A stretch of 64,000 nucleotides of DNA from Hydrolagus colliei (Eukaryota): positions 11,408,001 to 11,472,000 of the forward strand of contig CM068745.1 of assembly GCA_035084275.1 (NCBI GenBank). The letters run 5' to 3'. Of the stretch, positions 63,219 to 64,000 are shown piece after piece (within the stretch, counting starts at the first letter, position 1; the number at the start of each line of letters is the position of its first letter). The translations under genes were made by a program, and so were the position numbers. Below the pieces are notes generated by a model that had not been told where the DNA came from, made no database searches, and saw only the letters and a list, made by a program, of their open reading frames with translations.

Positions 63219-63411
63219 GCTCCTCTCCATTCCCTTGAATTTTAGTGTAATCATAATCAAACAAGGACATTATGTTAAGAATATAAAGTGTTTCAGAATT
63301 TATCAGTGTATTCAGAAACTGAAAGAACGTTCTCTATTGTCAGTGGTTCACTGATGATTCTTCACTTAAATACTGTTAAACAGTATTGTTTTAACGCATA
63401 CATGAACAAGT

Positions 63412-63719
63412 ATTAAATTAAGCTATAGTTTTAGAATTTGGATAGTTTGTACTCTTGTTACCTCATAAAGTCACACTGCAGATATAAGATACCACAGTTT
63501 ACCTGGATTGGCAGGTATTGTGAGGCCTTACAGAAGGGATGTGGCGGAATATCAAGGGCTGTCAAAATAATAATTAATTGCTCCACTATTCTCCACTCTC
63601 TTAAGTCAAATTGAAATTGATTGAACTCTAACAGACTGCACTTATCAAATACCTGCCGACACACTAATTGCTATTGGAATTGAAAGAAAAAGTGGAAAAT
63701 GCTGGAAATCTGAAATAAA
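63412..63719 (+). terminator. Candidate polyadenylation signals (ATTAAA 63412-63417; AATAAA 63714-63719)
   Basis: Hexamers seen after the stop codon; the first is followed by T/GT-rich sequence. The real 3' end may lie beyond the window. Confidence 0.3.
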
Positions 63720-64000
63720 AACAGTGCATCAATCAGCTGAAAGAGAAAAGTAAATTGACATTTCTGGCATGTCCATCTATTCTGCTCTTTCAGCTGCTCA
63801 ATGACCTGCTGCCAATTTCAAACATTAATGTATATGTTTCTTACTGTTGGATATCATTTTCATTTGACACAGATCTGGATTTTACTTGCTTACTTGCATG
63901 CCTACATCCAAACAACCAATTCAAAACAATGGTCCATATAATTGCCGTGTTCCATTGGTGAAATGGTGAAGTATTCAAGAACCTCAATTGTGCTCACATA

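Overview
Vertebrate genomic DNA, most likely from a cartilaginous fish (inferred from the protein and the repeat families). The only supportable protein-coding gene is a complete SLC5A7 (CHT1, high-affinity Na+/choline transporter) on the + strand. It has a putative non-coding exon 1 after a TATA box (about 55182-55301) and 8 coding exons (56302-63218). All introns are GT-AG and phase-consistent, giving 1755 nt = 584 aa plus stop. The upstream ~54 kb has no host gene. It is densely filled with 5'-truncated L2 LINEs ((TTG)n tails), CR1 fragments and a tRNA-derived SINE with a Deu-like body and L2-type tail, often nested, plus a small TIR/TSD MITE and several hairpins. There are two assembly gaps. 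I found no convincing wholly new multi-gene system. The best second-look items are: (1) a G-quadruplex plus overlapping uORF in the predicted SLC5A7 leader; (2) an L2 tail in the intron-2 CpG island whose differences from other copies are almost all AT->GC; (3) an unidentified, twice-present, possibly retroviral-type element; (4) a ~480-bp degenerate palindrome and other hairpins; (5) junction signatures of L2/SINE insertion; (6) repeat-free candidate enhancers. Repeat boundaries are approximate and were read by eye.
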